Shown here: piece by piece, positions 28,874 through 38,682 of the stretch | How the letters are laid out: every line of letters starts with the position of its first letter | Position numbering within the stretch: position 1 is the first letter of the stretch | Assembly: GCA_965213675.1 (NCBI GenBank) | Contig: OZ243916.1 | Location: 128,001 to 192,000, forward strand | Length of the DNA: 64,000 nt | From: an uncultured Candidatus Binatia bacterium | Lineage (GTDB): Bacteria; Desulfobacterota; Binatia; UBA9968; JAJDTQ01 | Direction: 5' to 3' | Program-made: the position numbers and the translations under genes | The notes under the pieces: generated by a model | Database searches by the model: none | Seen by the model: only the letters and a program-made list of their open reading frames with translations | Told to the model about the DNA's origin: nothing

Positions 28874-29866
28874 CTATTCGCTCCACCCCACGATGGGTGT
28901 GAACAGGTCCTCCAGCGCGGGCCTCGGTTCCGCCACGAAACCCTGCTCCACCAGGTACTGCATGAATGTTTCCAGCGTCTCCCGGTTGGCTTCCACCCCG
29001 TAGGGGTAGGGGTCGCCGCCGAACAGCTCACGGATTTCGTCCATCTCGGCGTTGAGCCACGGGACCATGTACGCCATGGTGCCGCTGAAGCTCATGTGTC
29101 TCAGCGCCCACGCCTTGGCCGCCTGAAACGCCTTGAACATGGTTTCGGCGATCCACGGGTGTTGCGCGTGCAGTTCCTCGCGCATGACGATGGTGTGCAT
29201 GATGGGAAAGATGCCGGTAGCCTGGAAGTACTCCCGCTCGGTGCGGCGGTAGTCCGGGAAGAGCCGGAGCACGGCTGGATGCGTTGCCAGGGAATCCGGC
29301 TGCCGCGCGCCCAGATAGGCGGCGATGGCGCCCTCCGCCAGCAGGTCGTTGATGGACTTGTCCGCGGGGCCCGGCTCGAGTTCCAGTGCGCCCAGCGGGC
29401 GCAGGTCCACTTCGTCGTCGGGCGGCCGCGGTGCGTTGACGCCGCCCTCGACCCAGCGGATGCTGGACAGGTCCACGCCATGCCGGTGTTGCAGAATGCC
29501 GCGAATCCATACGGCGGCGGTCTGTCCATATTCCTGGACGCCCACGCGCTTGCCGTTGAGGTCGGCCGGCTCGGCGACCCCCTGTTCCCGGTTGACGTAG
29601 ATGTACGCGTGACGAAAGAGGCGCGACGGGAACACCGGCAGCGCGATGAACGGAAACCCGCCGCGTGCGCGCCGGGTCAGGTAGGTGGACAGCGACATCT
29701 CGCACAGGTCGAAGGCCCGGGTCTTCATCATGCGGGTGAAGATCTCCGGCGGCGACTGAATCTGCAAGCAAGTAACGTCGATGCCCTCGGGCCGGACCTC
29801 GCCCTTGGCAATGGCGTCGACGCGATCATAGGGCCCGGTGGCCAGAGTCAGTGACAGGTTCCCCAA
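28874..29866 (-). CDS. 4,5-dihydroxyphthalate-decarboxylase-like (PBP2-fold) protein, paralogue 1
   Basis: EMSLSTY, PVFPSRLFRH, EYGQTAAVWIRGIL, IFPIMH, PYGVEANR; TTG start. Confidence 0.85.
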   Translation of the reverse strand: MGNLSLTLATGPYDRVDAIAKGEVRPEGIDVTCLQIQSPPEIFTRMMKTRAFDLCEMSLSTYLTRRARGGFPFIALPVFPSRLFRHAYIYVNREQGVAEPADLNGKRVGVQEYGQTAAVWIRGILQHRHGVDLSSIRWVEGGVNAPRPPDDEVDLRPLGALELEPGPADKSINDLLAEGAIAAYLGARQPDSLATHPAVLRLFPDYRRTEREYFQATGIFPIMHTIVMREELHAQHPWIAETMFKAFQAAKAWALRHMSFSGTMAYMVPWLNAEMDEIRELFGGDPYPYGVEANRETLETFMQYLVEQGFVAEPRPALEDLFTPIVGWSE

Positions 29867-30119
29867 GGTCGTTCCTCCATGGCAAGGGCAATTGAGAACG
29901 CGTCCCGAGTGAGTCTTACATCAGGGGGGCGCAACCGATATGCTGCCGGGCGGTTGTTCTTCAGGTTTGAGGTCAACTTTCCAAAGTCAGGCAGCAACCG
30001 CAAGCTTCGCCCCGCGATGGTGGAGTAGGGCCGGTGTCCCGCGTCACATGGAGCCGCGAGAGCATTCAGTCATTTGCGGCGCACGAACTTTGCGGTACAC
30101 GACACCAGGGAGGTCCATC

Positions 30120-31115
30120 ATGCAGATGCAGTTCAGTCTTCACAGTCCCAACGGCGGCCTGAAGGAGGCGGCGCGGATCCGCGACCGTGTGGTGCGGGCG
30201 GAGCAACTCGGCTTTGAAGGGATTTACCTGGGCTGCAGCCAGCTCAGCACCCCGGAACCCTTTCAGATCCTGGCCATGTGCGCCGTGGCCACAAGCCGTC
30301 TGAAGCTCGGCACGGCCGTGACCAACATGGTCTACCAGGACCCCACCGTCCTGGCGGGCTCCGCCGCGACCTTGAGTGACATCTCCGACGGCCGCGCCGT
30401 CCTCGGCCTCGGCACCGGCGACGGCCCGGTGTACGCCATGGGCCGCAGGGCCACCCGGCTCAGGGAGTTCGAAGAAGGCATCCGCACCATCCGCAACGTG
30501 CTGCAAGGCGGCGAGTTGACCACTCCCAACAACCGTGTGCGCGTGAACTACCGCATGCTGCCGACGCCGGTCTACCTCTCCATGGAGGGACCCAAGGGCC
30601 TGCGCCTCGCGGGCCGGGTGGCCGACGGCGTGTTTCTCGGGAGCGGCGTGGAGCCTCGCGCGGTGGGGTGGGCGCTGGGGCGCATTGCCGAGGGCGCGGC
30701 CGAGGCCGGGCGCTCGCCCGACGAGATCGCCGCCCTGGCGTGCGGCATGGTGTGCATCAAGGACGACGGCGACGAGGCGCGCCAGATCGTGCGCCGCCGC
30801 CTCGCCAACCGCGCGCACCATAACTTCCAGTCCACCCTCCAGACCGTGCCCGAGGAAGAGATGGCGAGCATCCGGAAGTTCATGGCCGCCTTCGATCAGT
30901 CCAAGCCCATGGAAGAGCGCTCCGACCCGGCGCTCATCACCGACTATCTCGTGCGCCGCTTCGCCATCGCCGGCACCCCCACGGAGTGCATCGCGCGCCT
31001 CGAGGAGCTGTCGGACGCCGGGGTCAACCGCGTCATGCTCACCCCCGCCCGGCGCGTCTACGAGGAAACCGTGGAGGCCCTGGCCGAGAAGGTGATGCCC
31101 GCTTTCGGCGCGTAG
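30120..31115 (+). CDS. LLM-class oxidoreductase (Mer-like)
   Basis: KLGTAVTN, SDGRAVLGLGTGD, GPKGLRLAGRVADG, AGTP. Confidence 0.9.
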   Translation: MQMQFSLHSPNGGLKEAARIRDRVVRAEQLGFEGIYLGCSQLSTPEPFQILAMCAVATSRLKLGTAVTNMVYQDPTVLAGSAATLSDISDGRAVLGLGTGDGPVYAMGRRATRLREFEEGIRTIRNVLQGGELTTPNNRVRVNYRMLPTPVYLSMEGPKGLRLAGRVADGVFLGSGVEPRAVGWALGRIAEGAAEAGRSPDEIAALACGMVCIKDDGDEARQIVRRRLANRAHHNFQSTLQTVPEEEMASIRKFMAAFDQSKPMEERSDPALITDYLVRRFAIAGTPTECIARLEELSDAGVNRVMLTPARRVYEETVEALAEKVMPAFGA

Positions 31116-31199
31116 CGCACGGCTTCCCGTCCCCCGGACGATCCGGCCCGGGTGCGGCCGGCTCGCGGCCAGGGAGTCGGCGGTTTTCTGCGTGGTGTC

Positions 31200-32192
31200 C
31201 TACAGATTCACCCGCGCCATGCCGTCGGGCGGGTAACGGTCGCCGGCGGCCGCGCCGGGCGGGAATGCCGCGTCGAGTGCGGCGAGGTCTTCCGCGCTGA
31301 GCGCGATGTCCGGAGCCTTGAGGTTCTCTTCCAGGTGGGAGCGCCGCTTGCAGCCGGGAATGGGGAAGACACGACTTCCCTGGGCCAGCACCCAGGCGAT
31401 GGCGATCTGCGCGGACGTCGCCCGGTGGATGCGGGCGACCCTGCGGATGGCCGCCACGCGCTCGCGGTTGGCCACGGCGTTGGCGTCCGCGAAACGCGGG
31501 AACTTGTGGCGCGTGTCGCCTTGTTCCAGCGCGTCCCGACCCGCCACCGTTCCGGCCAGAAAGCCGTAGCCCAAGGGCGCGTAGGCCATCAGGCCGAGGC
31601 CCAGTTCATCGCACGCTTCGAGATGGCCGCTTTCCACGTCACGGGTCCAGAGCGAGTACTCGTACTGCAGCGATACCAGTGGATGGACCGTCATGGCCCG
31701 ACGCAGCGTGCCGGGGGCGGCTTCCGACAGCCCGATGAAGCGCGTCTTGCCTTCTTCCACCAAGCGGGCCATGGCGCCCACGGACTCTTCGATGGGCACG
31801 GTGGGGTCCACACGGGACAGGCAGAATGCGTCCAACGCATCGATGCCGAGGTTCCTGAGGCTGGTCTCGCATATCTGCCGCAGCCGGTCCGGCGCGCCGC
31901 TGCCCTGCGCCACCGACGAGCCGTCATCGGCCCGGATGGTGCCGGTCTTCGAGTGGATGAATACCTTGTGGCGCTTGCCGTCCTTCAGCGCGCGGCCTAT
32001 GAGCCGGTGGTTGTGCCCGCGGCCGTAGCTGGCCGACGTGTCCAGCAGCGTAACGCCGAGATCCATGGCGCGGTGGATGGTGGCGATGGATTCGGCATCG
32101 TCGGCCGCGCCGTACGCCCCCGACATGGAGAAACAACCGAGCCCGATGCGCGAGAGTTTCTCGCCCGTGTTGCCGAATGTCGCGGTTTCCAT
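31200..32192 (-). CDS. Aldo/keto reductase
   Basis: IGLGC, LDTS, IGLSE, QYEYSLWTR, YAPLG, PIPG. Confidence 0.93.
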   Translation of the reverse strand: METATFGNTGEKLSRIGLGCFSMSGAYGAADDAESIATIHRAMDLGVTLLDTSASYGRGHNHRLIGRALKDGKRHKVFIHSKTGTIRADDGSSVAQGSGAPDRLRQICETSLRNLGIDALDAFCLSRVDPTVPIEESVGAMARLVEEGKTRFIGLSEAAPGTLRRAMTVHPLVSLQYEYSLWTRDVESGHLEACDELGLGLMAYAPLGYGFLAGTVAGRDALEQGDTRHKFPRFADANAVANRERVAAIRRVARIHRATSAQIAIAWVLAQGSRVFPIPGCKRRSHLEENLKAPDIALSAEDLAALDAAFPPGAAAGDRYPPDGMARVNL

Positions 32193-32368
32193 GGGATGCG
32201 TCCTGCGGCGCAAGCTCCTGGTTGGAGCTGCGTTTGGAAATACGTTGACGACGATGTGCGGGAATAACTGTCACCGGCATGATCGGCAAGGCGCGATGAC
32301 TTCCACGGGCGACCTGCGGTCATCCCTGGGTAGGCTCTGTTCCTTCCGAAGCCGCGGCACGAGTCCTC

Positions 32369-33379
32369 TCACAGGTCCAGGGTGCTGGGCGCGAAGATCT
32401 CGTCCAGCGCGAGTTTGCGCGGCGTGAGTTTCTGCTCGAACGAGTAATCGATGAGGGTCTCGAGCATGGCCGCGTTGTCCCGGATGCCGTAGGGGAAGGG
32501 TTCTGGGCCGACGATGGCGCGGGTCTGTTCCAGGTACTGCGGGCCGAAGAAAAGGTCCGACGGGATGGCCTGCGGCAGTTGTTGCAGCCAGTGCTCCCTG
32601 GCTTTGGTGAAGGCCGCGTAGAGGTTGAAGGCGAGCCACGGGTGCTTCTCGTACACGTCGCCGCGGATCACGTAGCAGTGGTTGATGGGTACGAAACCGT
32701 GGGCCTCGACGTAGCGCCGGCCCTCGGCCATGGCGTCCGGAAACAGCGGCCGCACCGTGTCGGCGTCGCCCTCCCGGCGAACGTGCGTGGAGCGGTCGAT
32801 GACATTGCGCCCGGCGTGGAATGCGCTCAGCACCATGGCGGTGTCGAGTTCGCGGTCCACCAGCATGGAGATCAGGCTCTTGTTCTTGGGGATGCGATGG
32901 AAGCGGATCCCTTCCGGCGGCGCAAACCCGGTGGCGCCGCCGTGGCTCAGTTCCTCGCTGCGTTCCATGTACCAGTCCACGCCGAATTGAGACACGCCGA
33001 AGTCGTGCTCCAGGGTGCCCCGGGTCCACAGCGCCGCGGTCTGCTGGTACTCGCCGACGCCGATGCGCTTGCCCGCCAGCTCTCCCGCGTCCGTGATGCC
33101 GGAATCCCTGTGGACGTAGAGCGCCAGGTGCATGAAGCGGCGCGAAGGGAACACGGGGATGGCCACCATGTCGTGTCCCCGGGACTTGGCGATGAGCAGG
33201 GAGGACATGGACATCTCCGCCACCTGGAACTCGCCGAACCGGAGCTGCCGCCAGAAGGTCTCGGACGGATGCGATTCGGACCACACCAGCTCGGCGCCTT
33301 CCACGGGAACGGCGCCGTCGAGCAGCGGGGCGATGCGTTCGTATTTTGAGGAGACCAGGCTGAGTTGGAGTTTCTTCAT
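32369..33379 (-). CDS. 4,5-dihydroxyphthalate-decarboxylase-like protein, paralogue 2
   Basis: EMSMSS, PVFPSRRF, EYQQTAALWTRG, PINH, PFPYG. Confidence 0.85.
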   Translation of the reverse strand: MKKLQLSLVSSKYERIAPLLDGAVPVEGAELVWSESHPSETFWRQLRFGEFQVAEMSMSSLLIAKSRGHDMVAIPVFPSRRFMHLALYVHRDSGITDAGELAGKRIGVGEYQQTAALWTRGTLEHDFGVSQFGVDWYMERSEELSHGGATGFAPPEGIRFHRIPKNKSLISMLVDRELDTAMVLSAFHAGRNVIDRSTHVRREGDADTVRPLFPDAMAEGRRYVEAHGFVPINHCYVIRGDVYEKHPWLAFNLYAAFTKAREHWLQQLPQAIPSDLFFGPQYLEQTRAIVGPEPFPYGIRDNAAMLETLIDYSFEQKLTPRKLALDEIFAPSTLDL

Positions 33380-33490
33380 GGTCGGCGTGTCAACGAGAGC
33401 CGTGCGGGCGATGTGGCGCGCGCTGTCGAGGGCGGTCCGGCCTCGATGACCCGGAGCCCGGGGTGACGAGGCCGGAGTTGCCCGGCTTGG

Positions 33491-34570
33491 CTACTGCGGG
33501 GTCACGCACGTGGTCAGCACCGACGGAAGCTCCGGCAGCACCGGTTCCCAGGAGTCGCCGCGGTCGCGGGTGACGTAAAGCGCGCCCATGCCCCGGTCCT
33601 TGGGATCGAACCCGAAGCCGCGGGAGCCGTCCCCCATGGCGGCGAAGACCGCGTTGGGGTCCTCGGGGTGGCGCTGCAGCGTCCATGGCATGTACGGCAT
33701 CATCTCCGTCAGGCCATTGGTGGCGGTGCGCCAGGTCGCGCCCTCGTCATCGCTCAGCAGGATCACGCCGTGGGGATGGGTGCTCTCGCCGCGCCAGACT
33801 CCGGGGGAGCCGCGCCCGCCGCACACCATCATCCGCGGGGCGTCCCCGGGCAGGAAGTACCAGTCGTGGGTGTAGCTGTACTTCTCGGTATAGCCCCACG
33901 GCATGCCATCCTCCACCCGGCGCCACTGGCGACCGCGGTCGTCGCTGCGGAAGAAGCCCCGGGCGCACGACACGTAGTAGCGGTCCTTGCTGCCCGGGTA
34001 GTTGTAGATATGGTGCATGTCGAGATAGTCGATGCCCGCGCTGGCGTCCTCCCAGGTCTTGCCCCGGTCCTCGCTGCGCACGACCCCGCCGTGCTCCAGC
34101 GTCAGCAGCAGTAGGTTGGCGTCGTCCGGATGGATGAAGATGTTGCAGACGTGCGGGAACTGTATACCGACGTACGGTCCCGGAACGCACCACTGGTTCT
34201 GCACATCCTCGGGCATCTGCCGCAGGCTCTCCAGGTTCTCCCAGGTGTCGCCGCTGTCCTCGCTGCGCATGAGCTGCACCGGACCGAGTCCGGCATAGAC
34301 CACGCGGTCGTCATGGGGATCCACGGCGAAACAGCGGGCGTCGCCGTCGATGACCTTTTCCCAGCTCCTGCCCGCGTCGTTCGTGCGGTAGGCGCCGTCG
34401 AAGGGTACGGCGGCGAAAACGCGCTCGGGTCGGGTCCTGCAGCGCGCCAGCCCGTCCACGGTCTGTCCGGAAAAATGTTCGGCGCGCGTCTCCAACCGGC
34501 CGCCGCGGTCCTCCTCGTACACGGTGAGCCCGCCGTTGAAAGCCACGTAATAACGGAGTGAATCACCCAT
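33491..34570 (-). CDS. BNR/Asp-box repeat beta-propeller protein (WD40/YVTN/YCF48-like)
   Basis: Repeated S/TxDxGxxW (TNDAGRSW, SEDSGDTW, SEDRGKTW, SDDRGRQW, SDDEGATW, TRDRGDSW). Confidence 0.88.
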   Translation of the reverse strand: MGDSLRYYVAFNGGLTVYEEDRGGRLETRAEHFSGQTVDGLARCRTRPERVFAAVPFDGAYRTNDAGRSWEKVIDGDARCFAVDPHDDRVVYAGLGPVQLMRSEDSGDTWENLESLRQMPEDVQNQWCVPGPYVGIQFPHVCNIFIHPDDANLLLLTLEHGGVVRSEDRGKTWEDASAGIDYLDMHHIYNYPGSKDRYYVSCARGFFRSDDRGRQWRRVEDGMPWGYTEKYSYTHDWYFLPGDAPRMMVCGGRGSPGVWRGESTHPHGVILLSDDEGATWRTATNGLTEMMPYMPWTLQRHPEDPNAVFAAMGDGSRGFGFDPKDRGMGALYVTRDRGDSWEPVLPELPSVLTTCVTPQ

Positions 34571-34637
34571 GGTTCTCTCCTTTCACGAATGCCGGATCGA
34601 AGGACAATCCCCAGGAGCCTGCGCGGCAGACACCACA

Positions 34638-35891
34638 CTAGCGCGGCGCCACCAGGATTTCCTCCCTGGGAAAATGGTCCATGATCTCGGCGCCATCCTT
34701 GGTCACCACCACCATGTTTTCCAGCCGCACGCCGCCCACGCGGGTCTCGCCCTCACGGCTCTCGATGGCGATGGTCATGCCCTCCTCGAACACCTGCGGG
34801 TGCTTGAGGGACCACTGCCGGTTGATGATGGGAATGTCGTAGTTGGTGCTTCCCTGGGTGAGTCCGATGCCGTGGCCGATCTCGCTGGCCAGGACCTCGC
34901 ATTCTTCGTCGTAACCCCAACTCGATGCGGGTGGGAAGTGCTTGGCGGCGTCCGCGGTGGTGGCGCCGGGCTTGATGGCGTCGATGACGCCGTCGATGCT
35001 GTCACGGACGCGCTTGTACCAGTCCTGCTCCGTGGGCGTGGGTTTCCGGCCGACGATGAACGTGCGGTACGTGCAGGTGGCGTAACCCTGGTAGGTGAGG
35101 CCGCAGAGCGAGCCGTACAGCAGGTCGCCGGTTTGCAGCAGCCGGCTGGACTGGTGGAAGCCGCGGTCGAAGGTGCTGGGGCCGGAGCGCCAGCCTCCCG
35201 GCGGCGCCGACTCCGCGCCCATGTCGTAGCCCGCCTTGGTGGCGACGCCCGACAGCTCGGTGTCGCGCACGCCCGGCTTGGCGGCTTCCCAGATGCGGTA
35301 CCACACGCCTTCCACGATGGCCGCCGCGGTCTTGAGGCAATCGATCTCGTCCGCCGTCTTTATCTTGCGGATCTCCTTCATCACCAGGCTGAAGTCCACG
35401 AGGTTCTTGACCCCGGCGTTGGTGAGCGCCTCCCGCGCGATTCCGTCGAACGCGCTGAAGCCGATCTTCTCGTCGAGCAGGCCCCGGCTCTTCAATTCGT
35501 CGTGAATGTCGGCGGCGAACTGCCGCGCCTCGTCCCGGGCGGCCTCGATGCCGCAGGCCGCGGTGAGCCAGGCCCGGGCCGGCCGCCACTCCTTGATCCA
35601 GGGCGCCTGGTCCGGCATCTGGTGGAAGTGGCCGCTGTGCTCGAACATGATCGGGTCGTGGTCCGCGAAGAACAACGTGTAGCGGCACATGGGGTAGTTG
35701 AAGCCCTTGAGGCCCGTGAGGTAGCGGATATTGGCCGAGTTGGCTTCCAGCAACGCGGGAATGCCGTGCTCGCGCATGATGCGCTTGGCGCGCTCGGCCC
35801 GTTGCCGCCGCATGCGGTCCGTGTTGAGCCGCTCCTGCCAGTCCGAAATCTCGTTGCCGTAGATGAGCTTCGATGCGTACCGTGGCGCCAT
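34638..35891 (-). CDS. M24 (Xaa-Pro peptidase/creatinase-like) family hydrolase
   Basis: NIRYLTG, IKTADEI, GHGIGL, GMTIAIE, GVRLEN. Confidence 0.9.
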   Translation of the reverse strand: MAPRYASKLIYGNEISDWQERLNTDRMRRQRAERAKRIMREHGIPALLEANSANIRYLTGLKGFNYPMCRYTLFFADHDPIMFEHSGHFHQMPDQAPWIKEWRPARAWLTAACGIEAARDEARQFAADIHDELKSRGLLDEKIGFSAFDGIAREALTNAGVKNLVDFSLVMKEIRKIKTADEIDCLKTAAAIVEGVWYRIWEAAKPGVRDTELSGVATKAGYDMGAESAPPGGWRSGPSTFDRGFHQSSRLLQTGDLLYGSLCGLTYQGYATCTYRTFIVGRKPTPTEQDWYKRVRDSIDGVIDAIKPGATTADAAKHFPPASSWGYDEECEVLASEIGHGIGLTQGSTNYDIPIINRQWSLKHPQVFEEGMTIAIESREGETRVGGVRLENMVVVTKDGAEIMDHFPREEILVAPR

Positions 35892-35940
35892 GAATGAAAC
35901 CTCCCTTGGTGAGCGCGAGAAACAGGATCCGTGCGACGAG

Positions 35941-35963
35941 GTGGGTTCGAAACCCGCCCCTAC
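35941..35963 (-). repeat. Single GTAG-type REP-like palindrome
   Basis: Minus strand GTAGGGGCGGGTTTCGAACCCAC forms a hairpin behind a GTAG tetranucleotide. Confidence 0.45.
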
Positions 35964-36096
35964 ATGGCCACATGCGCCGGTCCTTGTCAAGATTCGGGGG
36001 CGGTAATAGGATGGCCGTCGGGATCCGGCGAATGCGTCCCGCGGCAAGTGTCCACGGGGGCGCGTTCAAGGAATCGGTGAGCACAGGAGACGAACG

Positions 36097-37128
36097 ATGA
36101 GTGAATATCGAGCCGTGGACGCCGACGGCCACGTGATGGAGCACCCGGCCGAGATCAAGGAATTCTTCGAGCCGCCCTACAACCAACTGCCGTGGACCGT
36201 CTATTCGCTGTTCCCCAGCGTGGATGGCTTCGTCCGCGGCTTCTCGCGCCCCACCGAGGACGACGACCCCGACGCCGAGCGCTGGATCGCCTTCCTGGAC
36301 CGGTGCGGCATCGAGACCTCCTATCTGTATCCGTCGGTGGGGCTTGCCAGCGGCATGATCCAGGACCGGGATTACGCCGCCGCCATTGCCCGGGCCTACA
36401 ACCGTTGGGTGCACGCGAAGTTCATGCAGGCCAGCGAACGCCTGCGCGCGGTGGCGCTGATCCCGGCCCAGAACATCCCGGAGGCGGTCACCGAGCTTCG
36501 CGCCGCGGTGACGGAGTTGGGCATGCCGGGGGCAATGCTGCCCGCGGTCACGGCCGCCGGCAAGCACTACGGCCACCGCGACTTCGACCCGCTCTACGAG
36601 GAGGCCCAGCGCCTCGGCTGCGGCCTCGCCATCCACGGCGCCGTGAGCCAGCGCATCGGCATCGACAATTCGGACAACCTCTTCAAGACCACGACGCTGG
36701 AGCACCCCGTGTCCCAACTCATCCAGTTCACCGACATGATGGCCGAGGGCGTGTTCGAACGTTTCCCCGACCTGCGTTTCGCCTTTCTGGAGGCGGGCGC
36801 CGGATGGGCGCCCTACATGATGGACCGCATGGACGAGAACTACGAGCGCCGCGGCAAGCGCTGGTGCCCGGCGCTGACCAAACGCCCCAGCGAGTACGTG
36901 CGCGACGGCCACATCTACTTCAGTTGCGAGGTGGAGGAGAGGACGCTGCCCGCCGTGCTGCAACTTGTGGGCGAGGACCGCATTTTCTTTGCGTCCGACT
37001 ACCCCCACGAGCGCCACAAGGGCGAGTTCTACGGCGACATCGACGAGTTGAGCGCCCGGCAGGACCTCTCGGACGCGCAGAAGCACAAGGTTCTCTACGC
37101 CAACGCCGACCGCTTCTACAACGGGTAG
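36097..37128 (+). CDS. Amidohydrolase_2 family protein
   Basis: DADGHV, YPS, IHG, GVFERFPDLRFAFLEAG, ASDYPH. Confidence 0.93.
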   Translation: MSEYRAVDADGHVMEHPAEIKEFFEPPYNQLPWTVYSLFPSVDGFVRGFSRPTEDDDPDAERWIAFLDRCGIETSYLYPSVGLASGMIQDRDYAAAIARAYNRWVHAKFMQASERLRAVALIPAQNIPEAVTELRAAVTELGMPGAMLPAVTAAGKHYGHRDFDPLYEEAQRLGCGLAIHGAVSQRIGIDNSDNLFKTTTLEHPVSQLIQFTDMMAEGVFERFPDLRFAFLEAGAGWAPYMMDRMDENYERRGKRWCPALTKRPSEYVRDGHIYFSCEVEERTLPAVLQLVGEDRIFFASDYPHERHKGEFYGDIDELSARQDLSDAQKHKVLYANADRFYNG

Positions 37129-37167
37129 GGCGAGCCGCCCGGAGACGCTCGCAGGAGGAATCGCATC

Positions 37168-37629
37168 ATGCCGAAGGTGACATCACTGGGCCACATCGGT
37201 CTGCTGGTCCACGATATCGAACGCTCCAAGGCCTTCTACCGCGACGTGCTGGGCATGACCGTCAGCGACGAGAGCGACACCGGCACCGTATTCATGACCG
37301 CCCAGGAGCGCGATCAGGAGCACCACGAACTGCAACTGCGTCCCGGGCGGGCACAGGGCGCAGAAGGCAACGGCAACATCGTCACGCAGATTTCCTTCCG
37401 CTGCGGTACCCTGGCGGAACTCAAGGCCTTCCACCGTGACTTCCTTGACCGCGGCGTCCCCGTCGAGCGCGTTGCCAGCCACGGCAACGCCATCGGCATC
37501 TATTTCCACGACCCCGACGGCAACACCGTCGAAGTCTACTGGCCCACCGGCATCGACTGGCCCCAGCCGTTCCGGAAGCCGGTGGATCTCACAGCGGCCG
37601 ACGAGGAGATCCTGGCGAATCTGACGTAA
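37168..37629 (+). CDS. VOC/glyoxalase family protein
   Basis: LGHIGL, FYRDVLG, HHEL, IYFHDPDGNTVEV. Confidence 0.92.
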   Translation: MPKVTSLGHIGLLVHDIERSKAFYRDVLGMTVSDESDTGTVFMTAQERDQEHHELQLRPGRAQGAEGNGNIVTQISFRCGTLAELKAFHRDFLDRGVPVERVASHGNAIGIYFHDPDGNTVEVYWPTGIDWPQPFRKPVDLTAADEEILANLT

Positions 37630-37683
37630 AACTAAAGTTCCTCCCGACACTGCCGAACAGGACAGTAGCGGGAGGAAGAAACC

Positions 37684-38643
37684 TTGGCAAATGAAGTCGA
37701 TCGCCCTCATGACAGCCTGTTTCGCAAGGTGTTCTCTGACGTAGGAGAAGCTGTCGGCCTGTTGCGCACGGCGTTGCCCGGTGTTCTCCAGGAGCGCGTG
37801 GATTGGACCAGCCTCAAGCTCCTGGACGGGAGCTTCGTGGACGAAAACCTGAGACAGAGCCAAACGGACCTCCTGTACGAGGTGGCGTACGGCGAAGGCG
37901 CTGAACCGGTGTGGCTTTACGTGCTGCTGGAACATCAATCGACCCCGGACGCCCGAATGTCGTTTCGCATGTTGAAATACTGCTGCCGCATCTGGGACAC
38001 CGGAGTACAGGACGGAGCCGGGCCATCCTGGTTTCGCCCCATCGTGCCCATGGTTTTCTACCAAGGCCGCGACGGATGGACGCATTCCACCCAGTTCGCG
38101 GACCTGTTCCCCGAGGTGGCGCGGGAGTGGCCGTGGGTTCCCCGGTTCGCCCATCTGCTGCTGGACCAGACCAGTCTGAAACCCGACGAGGTGGAAGGGG
38201 CAGCAAGGGGACGGGTCGCGCAGTGGTTGATGATGGCCGCGTATGGGCGACACGTGACGTTGGCGATGGACATGGCGGCGCAGTTGTTGCGCCAGTTGAG
38301 TTTGCAGAGAGAGATCGATTACTTTGAACTGTTCGTCTTGTACGTCATGGCGACTCAGGACACCGCAGGCACCGAGGCATTTGGCGATGCGCTGCGGCGA
38401 CACGGACACGGGCAGGGAGGAATGATCATGTCATACGCTCAGCAGCTTCTGGCGGAGGGCGAAGCAAAGGGCCGAGTCGAAGGCGAACGCCTCGGACAGT
38501 TGAAGACGGTCGAAGGCTTTTTGCGCGCTGGTGTGGGCTGGGACGTGATCGAGGAAGCGACGGGCCTGAACGAGTCTGGATTTATGGCTCTCAAGGAACG
38601 GTTGTCCGCAGGGGATGACGTGACTCCTGGCCCATCACAGTGA
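37684..38643 (+). CDS. Rpn family PD-(D/E)XK nuclease (YhgA-like)
   Basis: HDSLFRKVF, GSFVDENL, TDLLY, LLEHQS, PMVFYQG, C-terminal EGxxxG segment. Confidence 0.93.
   Translation: MANEVDRPHDSLFRKVFSDVGEAVGLLRTALPGVLQERVDWTSLKLLDGSFVDENLRQSQTDLLYEVAYGEGAEPVWLYVLLEHQSTPDARMSFRMLKYCCRIWDTGVQDGAGPSWFRPIVPMVFYQGRDGWTHSTQFADLFPEVAREWPWVPRFAHLLLDQTSLKPDEVEGAARGRVAQWLMMAAYGRHVTLAMDMAAQLLRQLSLQREIDYFELFVLYVMATQDTAGTEAFGDALRRHGHGQGGMIMSYAQQLLAEGEAKGRVEGERLGQLKTVEGFLRAGVGWDVIEEATGLNESGFMALKERLSAGDDVTPGPSQ
38428..38643 (+). CDS. Putative intragenic small protein RpnS (in-frame internal start)
   Basis: GGAGG at 38416-38420, ATG at 38428 (7-nt spacing), 71 aa starting MSYAQQLLAEG. Confidence 0.65.
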   Translation: MSYAQQLLAEGEAKGRVEGERLGQLKTVEGFLRAGVGWDVIEEATGLNESGFMALKERLSAGDDVTPGPSQ

Positions 38644-38682
38644 ATCTGTACGAAACGCTGAACTGATCGACGGCAATGACGG

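Noticed and set aside
37684-38643. Rpn gene as an active transposase/IS
   Set aside because: No terminal repeats or target duplication, and Rpn/YhgA proteins are not demonstrated transposases.
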